This document shows positions 14,844 through 23,527 of a stretch of DNA of 24,000 nt, in pieces. Location of the stretch: contig NZ_CP006270.1 of the NCBI RefSeq assembly GCF_000737575.1, positions 41,163-65,162 of the forward strand. Direction: 5' to 3'. The notes beneath the pieces were generated by a model, which did not search any database, had not been told where the DNA came from, and worked only from the letters and a program-made list of their open reading frames with translations. Source of the DNA: Synechococcus sp. KORDI-49 (GTDB lineage Bacteria; Cyanobacteriota; Cyanobacteriia; PCC-6307; Cyanobiaceae). How positions within the stretch are numbered: position 1 is the first letter of the stretch; every line of letters starts with the position of its first letter. The translations under genes were made by a program, and so were the position numbers.

Positions 14844-15196
14844 CCTCCTCCTCTCTGCGCTGGTCGGTCGGTTTCTCCCTGGTCGCCGTGTCCCAGCTGC
14901 TGCTGATCACGGGATTGATCGTTCTGCCCCAGTGGCGGGCCCAGATGTCTGCCCGGGATGGGGTGATCACCTTCTTCGTGGGTAGGGACGGTTCAGTCCG
15001 TCTCTGGAATCGCCCCATCGATGCGGCGGTGATGCCCGCCCTGGTTCAACGGGCCGAACGCTTCAACGCCACCGCCCGCGTGCGGCTGGTGGCGTCACCC
15101 GGGGTCACCTGGGGTGTGGTGCAGGACCTTGTCTCCCTTCTTGATCAGACATCACTCGATGTTGAACTTCAGCTCCCTCCGACAGCGCGCTCCTGA
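14840..15196 (+). CDS. divergent ExbD/TolR-like protein 2 (118 aa)
   Basis: The GTG start overlaps the preceding stop (GTGA). TM 'WSVGFSLVAVSQLLLITGLIVL' is followed by 'VITFFVGRDGSVRLWNRPIDAAVMPALVQRAERFNATARVRLVASPGVTWGVVQDLVSLLDQTSLDVELQL', which has the same ExbD-like layout as the gene before it. No TM Asp. Confidence 0.5.
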   Translation: MTSSSLRWSVGFSLVAVSQLLLITGLIVLPQWRAQMSARDGVITFFVGRDGSVRLWNRPIDAAVMPALVQRAERFNATARVRLVASPGVTWGVVQDLVSLLDQTSLDVELQLPPTARS

Positions 15197-15827
15197 GCTG
15201 CTGCTGCTCGCACTTCCCGTCGGCCTCTCTCTGGTTGTTCACAGCGTCTGGATCTCCAGAGACGGCGCTGAAAGCAGAGTGGGTGATTCGGACCAGAGCG
15301 TCAGCATCGACAACACCGCCCAGCTGGTGCGGATCACCCGACGGGCATCACAACAGCAGACGCTGGCTGCTGTGGGGTTGGATCTGAGCGGCACGCTTCC
15401 TCCCCCGGCTGCCGACGTGCTGCAGAAGATCGAGCTGCCTGACCCCAAGCCGGACTGCCCACCCCAGCAACAACGGGTGACCACCAAGGTGCTGCCGGAT
15501 GTCAGTGCACCAACGGCGATTCCGGCACCCCAGGAGCAGACGGCTCAGCGGCAGGAATCGGTCGTTGCAACGGCGCCGAGCGCGCCGTTGCAAGCGCTGG
15601 ACGGGGTCGCTCTCGATCGGCTGTGGGGACTGGCGATGGGGGTGCCGGTCTGGCCGGAAGACCTGCTGGGGCCGAAGCCGGTGATCGGAGAACTGCGGGA
15701 GCTCTCGCTCGACGACGTTGCCGACATGGATGCAACGGATCTTCATGAGCTCTCCGTTGAGGCGGAGTCCGGCACCTATCTGGTGAAGGTTTTCGGAGAC
15801 AGGGTTTTCCTGCTGAGAGAACCCTGA
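15159..15827 (+). CDS. TonB-like membrane-anchored protein: SxxxH anchor, Pro-rich spacer, unassigned C-terminal domain (222 aa)
   Basis: From ATG 15159 (38-nt overlap with the previous gene): 'MLNFSSLRQRAPELLLLALPVGLSLVVHSVWI'. A basic patch precedes a TM helix containing S-L-V-V-H (codons at 15228-15242), compared with E. coli TonB S-V-C-I-H. A Pro/Gln-rich stretch follows ('LPPPAADVLQKIELPDPKPDCPPQQQ...PTAIPAPQEQ', about 15391-15540), then a ~75-aa C-terminal domain without the TonB_C YP motif. Confidence 0.55.
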   Translation: MLNFSSLRQRAPELLLLALPVGLSLVVHSVWISRDGAESRVGDSDQSVSIDNTAQLVRITRRASQQQTLAAVGLDLSGTLPPPAADVLQKIELPDPKPDCPPQQQRVTTKVLPDVSAPTAIPAPQEQTAQRQESVVATAPSAPLQALDGVALDRLWGLAMGVPVWPEDLLGPKPVIGELRELSLDDVADMDATDLHELSVEAESGTYLVKVFGDRVFLLREP

Positions 15828-15898
15828 GTCGGTCGCAACAGCGACAGGGACCGGGCCAAGAGGACCTTATGGTGAAGTTAAGAATGCGTTAATGCCTG

Positions 15899-16378
15899 AT
15901 GCCCACTCTCCTGCTTCTGCTCCTCGCGTCGTGGCTTGGGGTGGGAACCGTGCAGGGGGGCGAGTGGTGCAGGTCTCAGGAGGGGGCGGTCGGCAGTTAC
16001 GACCCCGGACGGCAGGAGATCAACCTGTGCATGGAGCGGATCCGTGAGAAACAGCGATCCCCGATGGAAGTGGCGCGGCACGAGCTGTTTCATGCCGTGC
16101 AGCACCTGTTCGGGCGCAATGGCCGCAGTTTCCTCAGTGATGACCAGATCACGCCCCTGGTGCGCTGGCTGATGGACGACGGTGAAGTGATGGCCGTGCT
16201 CATGCTCTATCCCAGTGAGGAGATCAACAGCGAGCTGGAGGCACGTCTCGTGTCGCGATTGCTGCCCAATGAGGTCATCGGTGGTGCTCTGCTGGCAGGT
16301 CGGCTGCTCCAGGACGCACCACAGCAGGGACCGATCGGATCCTTGCGGGCCTACCTGCTCGGTCGCCCTGATTCCTGA
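15899..16378 (+). CDS. secreted small protein with an HExxHxxxH metal-binding-type motif (159 aa)
   Basis: Signal peptide 'MPTLLLLLLASWLGVGTVQG'; two Cys (C24, C44); 'VARHELFHAVQH' forms an HExxH zincin-like motif with a third His four residues later. It resembles the 'HELxHVxQ' core I recall from DUF4157. It lies on the same strand as the TonB-like gene, 71 nt downstream. Confidence 0.6.
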   Translation: MPTLLLLLLASWLGVGTVQGGEWCRSQEGAVGSYDPGRQEINLCMERIREKQRSPMEVARHELFHAVQHLFGRNGRSFLSDDQITPLVRWLMDDGEVMAVLMLYPSEEINSELEARLVSRLLPNEVIGGALLAGRLLQDAPQQGPIGSLRAYLLGRPDS

Positions 16379-16388
16379 TGTCCGACGC

Positions 16389-17894
16389 TTAGGCGAGGGT
16401 GTCCGCCAGGCGAAGGGCCAGCGCGATCACCGTGAGGCCCGGTCCGACGCTCGGACAGCTCGGGAAGACACTCGCATCGGCGAGGTAGAGGTTGTCAAGC
16501 TCATGGCACTTGCCGAAGCCATCGACCACGGAGCTCGAGGGATCCTCACCCATGCGGCAGGAACCGCAGCCATAACCCACAACGCTCATCGGTGCTCCAC
16601 CGCGGGCATGGGTGGGTGCCTTCAACACCACCTTGGTCACCGGATCCTTCTCCACCTCCTTCAGGGTGTCGATCCAGCGGTAGACCAAGCGGTCATGCGC
16701 TTCCCGGTTGTTGTGGATGTAATTGATCCTGATCTGGTCGTTGTGCAGCCAGATCTTGTTATGGGGATCCGGCATCACCTCCGTCATCGCCCACCAGGCG
16801 ACGGAGCGGGACGCCAGTCGCTCAAGGCCGAAATCGGGGATCATTTTGCTCACCAGGGAAAGCACTGGTGGTGACTCGGCAAACAACGCGTCCTGCAGAA
16901 CGCCTCCGGCTGTCTGGATGTGGCCAAGCGGGAAGCTGACGTTCTTGTCACCCCAGTAGTAGTCGTTGATGCCCAGAGAGCGCCCGTATCTGCCGCTGTT
17001 GCGTTCCGTGGCCAGCTGCAGGATCGAGGTGAGCTGAAGATTCATCAGATTGCGGCCCACCTGATCGGAGCCGTTGCTGATGCCTTTGGGGTGGTGCGAG
17101 TTCGCCGAACGCAGCAGGATCACCGGGGTGTTCACGGCCCCGGCCGCCAGCACCACGACATCAGAGCGGAACAGCCAGGTGTCGCCATCCAGCTCCGCCT
17201 CCACGGCCTTCACCTCACTGCCGCTGGGGTTCACATGCAGTCGCAGCACCCTGGCGTTGTCGCGGATGGTGAGCCGGTCTGGATCTCCGGCTTCAAGGCC
17301 GAACAGCTGGGAATCGCCGCTCGGGTCGTCCCGATCTTCGGACCAGCTGATCGGAATGTCGTACGGCTGGCATCCCTGGCGTTGCAGCGCGGCACGCAGG
17401 GGTTCGAGGAACGGCTCCACCGGCTTGGGCATGGCCACGTAATCACCGTTGCGGCCCGGCTCGGTGGGGTCCACCCCCGCCTTGCCGTGCACCCGGTACA
17501 ACTGCTCCGCCTGCTCGTAGTACGACGCCAGTTCGCCGTAGTCGAATGGCCAGGCCGGCGAGATCCCCTCCTGAAGAGGAACTTCGCCGAAGTCCTGCTC
17601 GCGCATGCGCTCGAGCACAGCTCCCCAGATCTTGGTGTTGCCGCCGCGGGCGTAGGTGGTCTGGGGCGCGAAGGGATCGCCGTCCGGCCCGAACCAGCGT
17701 TCGTTCTTGGGGTGGTAGCGGTCCTTGCGGAACAGATCCACGTCGGCGACGTTCTGGTCCTCGAGAGCCATGGCCCCGCCGCGCTCCAGCACCAGCACGG
17801 ATTTGCCCTTGCGGCTGAGGGCACCGGCCAGGGTGCCGCCACCGGCTCCGCTGCCGATGACGATGACGTCGTAATGGCGGTCGTCGATGATCAT
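16389..17894 (-). CDS. GMC-family FAD-dependent oxidoreductase (501 aa)
   Basis: N-terminal 'YDVIVIGSGAGGGTLAGALSRKGKSVLVLERGG' (FAD ADP-binding fold), mid 'VVVLAAGAVNTPVILLRS', C-terminal 'LYLADASVFPSCPSVGPGLTVIALALRLADTL' (GMC_oxred_C). The start lies 4 nt after the ctaE stop. Confidence 0.88.
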   Translation of the reverse strand: MIIDDRHYDVIVIGSGAGGGTLAGALSRKGKSVLVLERGGAMALEDQNVADVDLFRKDRYHPKNERWFGPDGDPFAPQTTYARGGNTKIWGAVLERMREQDFGEVPLQEGISPAWPFDYGELASYYEQAEQLYRVHGKAGVDPTEPGRNGDYVAMPKPVEPFLEPLRAALQRQGCQPYDIPISWSEDRDDPSGDSQLFGLEAGDPDRLTIRDNARVLRLHVNPSGSEVKAVEAELDGDTWLFRSDVVVLAAGAVNTPVILLRSANSHHPKGISNGSDQVGRNLMNLQLTSILQLATERNSGRYGRSLGINDYYWGDKNVSFPLGHIQTAGGVLQDALFAESPPVLSLVSKMIPDFGLERLASRSVAWWAMTEVMPDPHNKIWLHNDQIRINYIHNNREAHDRLVYRWIDTLKEVEKDPVTKVVLKAPTHARGGAPMSVVGYGCGSCRMGEDPSSSVVDGFGKCHELDNLYLADASVFPSCPSVGPGLTVIALALRLADTLA

Positions 17895-17898
17895 GGGA

Positions 17899-18495
17899 TT
17901 ACTGCCAGACGTAGATGAGGAGGAAGAGGATGATCCAGATCACATCGACGAAGTGCCAGAACAGGCTCACCGAAGCGACGCCCATTTCGCCCTTGTCGTA
18001 ATTCCCCGGACGAAAGGAACGCGCCAGCATCAGGCCCATCAGCAGGATGCCGGTGATCACGTGCAGACCGTGAAAGCCGGTGAGCAGATAAAACATCCCG
18101 CCGAACACACCGCTGCTGAGGCTGAAGGTGAGCTCCGACCATTCGACGTACTGCCCGTAGACGAAGTACGAGCCCATGGCCATGGTGAGCAGCCACACCG
18201 CCCGGAAGCCCCAGAGGTTGCGCTGATGCAGGTAGCGCTCAGCGAAGTAGGCAACAAAGCTGGAGCTCACCAGCACCACGGTGTTGATCAGTGGCATGCG
18301 CACCTCCAACCCCGCGACACCATCCGGGAGCCATTGGGGGGCCGTGAGCTTGAGCACCGCGTAGCCGGCGAAGAAGGCCAGGAAGATCACGCTCTCGGAG
18401 CAGAGGAAGATCACGAAACCGGTCATGTTGTGACCGTCGTGCTTCACATGCCCGGGGGTGTGATTCAGCTGCAGATCGGGGTTGACGCTGGTCAT
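17899..18495 (-). CDS. ctaE: heme-copper oxidase subunit III (198 aa)
   Basis: 'GFVIFLCSESVIFLAFFAGY...FGGMFYLLTGFHGLHVITGILLM...SVSLFWHFVDVIWIILFLLIYVW' is the typical COX3 sequence. The start lies 4 nt after the ctaD stop. Confidence 0.93.
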   Translation of the reverse strand: MTSVNPDLQLNHTPGHVKHDGHNMTGFVIFLCSESVIFLAFFAGYAVLKLTAPQWLPDGVAGLEVRMPLINTVVLVSSSFVAYFAERYLHQRNLWGFRAVWLLTMAMGSYFVYGQYVEWSELTFSLSSGVFGGMFYLLTGFHGLHVITGILLMGLMLARSFRPGNYDKGEMGVASVSLFWHFVDVIWIILFLLIYVWQ

Positions 18496-18499
18496 CGGG

Positions 18500-20188
<1,689 letters not shown>

Positions 20189-20196
20189 GGCGCGTC

Positions 20197-21132
20197 TCAG
20201 GCGTCGTGGGGGATGGAGGGATCGCCGGGGTCGTTCACCATCGGAGCCGGTGCGGGTGGCACCGTTGCCCAGCCCTTGTCACCGCGGGCGATGCGGCGGT
20301 CATACAGCGGGCGGCCTGGATCGAGTCCGGGCTGCAGAGGCTGCTGGGCTGTTGTTTTCAGCCAAGCGCTGAAGGCCTCCTCCGATTCGACGATCACGTC
20401 GGTCTGGTTCTGCGAGAAGTACGCGCCGCTGAACATGGCGTCGCGCAGCCGGAAGCGGCCTTCTTTGGTTGGCGTGAGGCTGTAGGAAATGATGCTTCCG
20501 GGGATGATGTCCTGCTTCAGACGGAAGGCCGGAACGAAGAAGCTGTGCAGCACGTCTTCCGAGATCAGCCGGAAATTGACCCGTTGATCAATCGGAAGAT
20601 GCAGTTCTGAACTGCGCACACCATTGGGGTAGATGAATTCCCAGCTCCACTGGCGGGCGATCACATCGATCGGTCCCACATCCGCCATGGGATCGGCTTC
20701 CATCAGTGCGGTCGGATCGGTGCCGATGACGTATTTGTGCTTCGGACCGAGGGTCTGAAGCTTCATGTTCACGTTCATCGTGTAGGTGGCGATCACAAAG
20801 ACCGTCACCAGCGGAATGATCGTCCAGATGATTTCCAGCTTGGTGTTGCCTTCGATCGGAGCACCGTCGCTTTCGTCGTACTTGCCGGCCCGGTTGAACA
20901 GCAGCACCCAGCCCATCACTCCGGTGCAGCCGAAGAAGATGAAGGAGCCGATACCGGTTTCAAGCGCGAACAGATCGTCGACGTAGGACGCTGCACTGGA
21001 TGCCTGCGGCGGGAACCAGCTGTACGACCAGGTCGCCATCAGTTTGGCGATCACCAGGTTGATCGCCACGGCGATCGTGATGCCCACGATGGCGCCGATG
21101 TTCGGGCTTTTCTTGGGGGCAGTGGTGGTCAT
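20197..21132 (-). CDS. ctaC: heme-copper oxidase subunit II lacking the CuA centre (ARTO/quinol-oxidase-type CtaC), 311 aa
   Basis: COX2 fold: two N-terminal TMs, 'ARQWSWEFIYPNG' and 'SEDVLHSFFVPAFRLKQDIIPG'. Where the CuA pattern V-x-H-x(34)-C-x(3)-C-x(3)-H-x(2)-M is expected, the sequence reads V-L-H196-x(34)-D231-x(3)-S235-x(3)-F239-x(2)-N242. Confidence 0.9.
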   Translation of the reverse strand: MTTTAPKKSPNIGAIVGITIAVAINLVIAKLMATWSYSWFPPQASSAASYVDDLFALETGIGSFIFFGCTGVMGWVLLFNRAGKYDESDGAPIEGNTKLEIIWTIIPLVTVFVIATYTMNVNMKLQTLGPKHKYVIGTDPTALMEADPMADVGPIDVIARQWSWEFIYPNGVRSSELHLPIDQRVNFRLISEDVLHSFFVPAFRLKQDIIPGSIISYSLTPTKEGRFRLRDAMFSGAYFSQNQTDVIVESEEAFSAWLKTTAQQPLQPGLDPGRPLYDRRIARGDKGWATVPPAPAPMVNDPGDPSIPHDA

Positions 21133-21749
21133 GGCAGCACCTCCTTCAGATCGGCACCGGCGGCGAGCAGCTGATCCGCGGTGATGTGCACGCCGAAATC
21201 ACTGGCCAGCCAGGCGCCGAGACTGCCGTGCAGACCCATGACCATCAGCATCGAGGCCCCGCAGAACAGGTACAGCCAGGTCACCTGGCGTCCCAGATCC
21301 CTGCGCCAGACGAAGCGCTGGTAGCCGCGCCAGACGGTCATGGCGACGATCACCAGAAGAATGGCGACCCCCCCGATGGCATGCCACAGCATGGTGTCGA
21401 TGGCGGTCTGGCCGAGGATGCTGCGGATGCCGGGCAGCGGCACCGCCAGCAGCATTTCGTAGAAACCGGCGGCCACCGTGAAGAAGGTGATGCCGCTGCA
21501 GGCCACCAGGTTGTACCAGCCCACATCGTGGAAACCGCTGCGGGTCACCGGCAGGGCCAGGAAGCGGAACAGCCGCTTCTCCAGCGGATAGAAGGCACCG
21601 GCGAAGTCGAAGGCGATTCCGATCGCAAACAGCCCGATGGTCAGATGAACCAGATTCGGGTGCAGTGGAATCGCGTAGGGAAGATCATTGGCACCGAGAG
21701 AGTCGGCGATTTCGTTGATCGGCGATGGGATGGCGGCGAGCAGGGTCAT
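21129..21749 (-). CDS. DUF2231-like polytopic membrane protein B (206 aa)
   Basis: From the internal ATG 21749 ('MTLLAAIPSPINE...'), which overlaps the upstream stop (ATGA). Its own stop overlaps the ctaC ATG (ATGA). It has 4-5 TM helices and conserved His motifs 'LHPNLVHLTIG', 'MLWHAIGG' and 'MGLHGSLG'. Confidence 0.7.
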   Translation of the reverse strand: MTLLAAIPSPINEIADSLGANDLPYAIPLHPNLVHLTIGLFAIGIAFDFAGAFYPLEKRLFRFLALPVTRSGFHDVGWYNLVACSGITFFTVAAGFYEMLLAVPLPGIRSILGQTAIDTMLWHAIGGVAILLVIVAMTVWRGYQRFVWRRDLGRQVTWLYLFCGASMLMVMGLHGSLGAWLASDFGVHITADQLLAAGADLKEVLP

Positions 21750-22246
21750 GACACCACTCCCTGGCGGATCGCTTCCACCACCGGCACGGTGTGCAATCCG
21801 TAGACCCACACCAGTTTGTCGCCGAGATACACCTGGACGAACACCAGACCGGCCAGCACGAGATCAAGAGCCAGAAAGCCCTTCGGCAGGACAGTGGGAT
21901 CCTTCTGGCGAGCCACGTAGCGCCATCCGGTGAGCAGAGCCAGCACACCGGCAAGGGACCAGCCGATGGTGCTGTGGACATTGAGGATGTCTCGCGAGGC
22001 CCCGTAGGGATTGGCGAGGCCGGCTTCGATCTGTCCGAAGATGATGGCAACGAAGATCGCTACTGTGGCGACGAGCAGATTCCAGAAGCTCACTTCAAAG
22101 AGGTTCTTCTTTCCGGTCACCACCCCGATCACGTCGAAGACGACCGTGATCAGTGCCATGGAGATCACGAAGTGGACGACGATCGGATGAATGACGTCGA
22201 GCCAGGGGAGATTTTTATCGTTGAGCGCAGGTAGAAGATCGAGCAT
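21746..22246 (-). CDS. DUF2231-like polytopic membrane protein A (166 aa from ATG 22246; 172 aa from GTG 22264)
   Basis: 'MLDLLPALNDKNLPWLDVIHPIVVHFVISMALI...NVHSTIGWSL...YGLHTVP' has four TM helices and carries the same His motif set as protein B (HPxxVH, HxxIG, GLH). It is the first gene of the oxidase block. Confidence 0.7.
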   Translation of the reverse strand: MLDLLPALNDKNLPWLDVIHPIVVHFVISMALITVVFDVIGVVTGKKNLFEVSFWNLLVATVAIFVAIIFGQIEAGLANPYGASRDILNVHSTIGWSLAGVLALLTGWRYVARQKDPTVLPKGFLALDLVLAGLVFVQVYLGDKLVWVYGLHTVPVVEAIRQGVVS

Positions 22247-22339
22247 CGGCAAGCCGAGAGGCACGCTTCCAAAGCATGGACATCGTTTTCGGGACGGTCA
22301 TCCCTGAATGTGGAAATACAACTGGCCTGGTTGTCTGAC

Positions 22340-23449
22340 TCACCTGAGGGAGTGATCGGCGCTACGGCGCGTCGTGCGCCAGTAGATGACCGCCTGCGTG
22401 ATGATCAGAATCATCACGATCGGCATCACCAGGCAGAGAATCGCCAGCCGGTATTCATCAGACCATTCCGACAACTGGGTTCTGGGAAGAACGTTGTCGG
22501 TGATGTACAGCACATAGAGGCCGAGCAGCAGCCCCCCTTCCAGACGGCTGATCTGACCTCGGGTCCAGAAGATCGGCAGGCAGGCCAGGCTGGTGAGCAG
22601 CATCACCGGAAGGTCTTCGCTGATCAGCTCCGGGCTCACGTCCAGGCCGCGCCCTGCGGCCATCAGGGCTCCGCCGCCCAGCACCATCATCAGATTGAGC
22701 AGGCAGCTGCCCACCACGTTGCCGATCGCCAGATCGGTGCGCCCCCGCAACGCCGCCACCAGGGAGGTGATCAGCTCCGGCATCGAGGTGCCCGCCGAGA
22801 CAATCGTGAGTCCGATCACGGCTTCACTGACGCCGAGCAGTGTGGCCGCTGTGGTGGCTCCGCCCACCAGCACCTTCGATCCAATCGTCAGCACGACGAT
22901 GCCGGCGAGCAGCTTCAGAACCGCCACCTGCCAGCCACCACTGGCCGCATCCGCATCGATCTCCGGTTCCGCCCCTTCGGTGGCATCCGGTTCCTCCCTG
23001 GCCGTGCGGATCTCCCAGATGGTGTTGATCACAAGGCCCAGCAGCAGGGCGATGCCGGCCTGCCAGGTCAACCGTCCTGCAGAGGCCATGCCCCAGACCG
23101 CTGCGGAGATGGCGATCATCAGCGGAACATCCCGACGCACCAGTCGGCTTTCAACGCGCAGCGGCAACACCACGGCGCTGCTGCCCAGCACCACCATCAC
23201 ATTGAAGATGTTGCTGCCCACCGCGTTGCTCACCGCCAGGGCATCAGCGCCCTGCAGCACTGAATTGATGCTCACGAACAGTTCGGGAGCGCTGGTGCCC
23301 AGAGCCACCACGGTCAGGCCGATCACCAGCTGTGGGATGCCGAAGATCACCGCCAGGGCGACGGCCCCCTGCACGAATAGTTCGCCGCCACCGAACAGCA
23401 GGGCGATACCGATCAGCACTTCCAGTGACGCCTGCAGGAATTCCGGCAT
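22340..23449 (-). CDS. CaCA-family cation/Ca2+ antiporter (YrbG/NCKX-like), 369 aa
   Basis: Two alpha-repeats, 'GLTVVALGTSAPELFVSI' and 'GLTIVSAGTSMPELITSL', each followed by 'GN(A/V)VGSN/C'. About 10 TM helices with a central acidic loop (EEPDATEGAEPEIDADA). Confidence 0.9.
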   Translation of the reverse strand: MPEFLQASLEVLIGIALLFGGGELFVQGAVALAVIFGIPQLVIGLTVVALGTSAPELFVSINSVLQGADALAVSNAVGSNIFNVMVVLGSSAVVLPLRVESRLVRRDVPLMIAISAAVWGMASAGRLTWQAGIALLLGLVINTIWEIRTAREEPDATEGAEPEIDADAASGGWQVAVLKLLAGIVVLTIGSKVLVGGATTAATLLGVSEAVIGLTIVSAGTSMPELITSLVAALRGRTDLAIGNVVGSCLLNLMMVLGGGALMAAGRGLDVSPELISEDLPVMLLTSLACLPIFWTRGQISRLEGGLLLGLYVLYITDNVLPRTQLSEWSDEYRLAILCLVMPIVMILIITQAVIYWRTTRRSADHSLR

Positions 23450-23527
23450 AGAACCGTCAATCGTGGGGGGATTCTGCTCTGCCGGGAACCGGCTTAGGGT
23501 TCGGCCTCTCTAGACACAGCTCAGGGT

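Noticed and set aside
15832-15845. GTCGC-AACA-GCGAC hairpin after the TonB-like gene as a terminator
   Set aside because: The stem is 5 bp with no U-tract, too weak to call. The downstream AT-richer stretch (15870-15898) has only a 4/6 -10-like match.
16920-17918. 332-aa (+) ORF
   Set aside because: It is antisense to the GMC oxidoreductase, which has clear FAD-binding and GMC C-terminal motifs. Composition is typical of a shadow ORF.
23481-23502. GAACC-N7-GGTTC inverted repeat in the CaCA/SulP divergent spacer
   Set aside because: The arms are only 5 bp, which is expected by chance in GC-rich DNA, and I recognise no supporting promoter context.
22310-23513. 317-aa and 306-aa (+) ORFs
   Set aside because: Both are antisense to the CaCA antiporter, whose two GTS(A/M)PE alpha-repeats sit on the minus strand. 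The translations are H/Q/R/D-rich or S/T/P/A-rich with no membrane helices or motifs.
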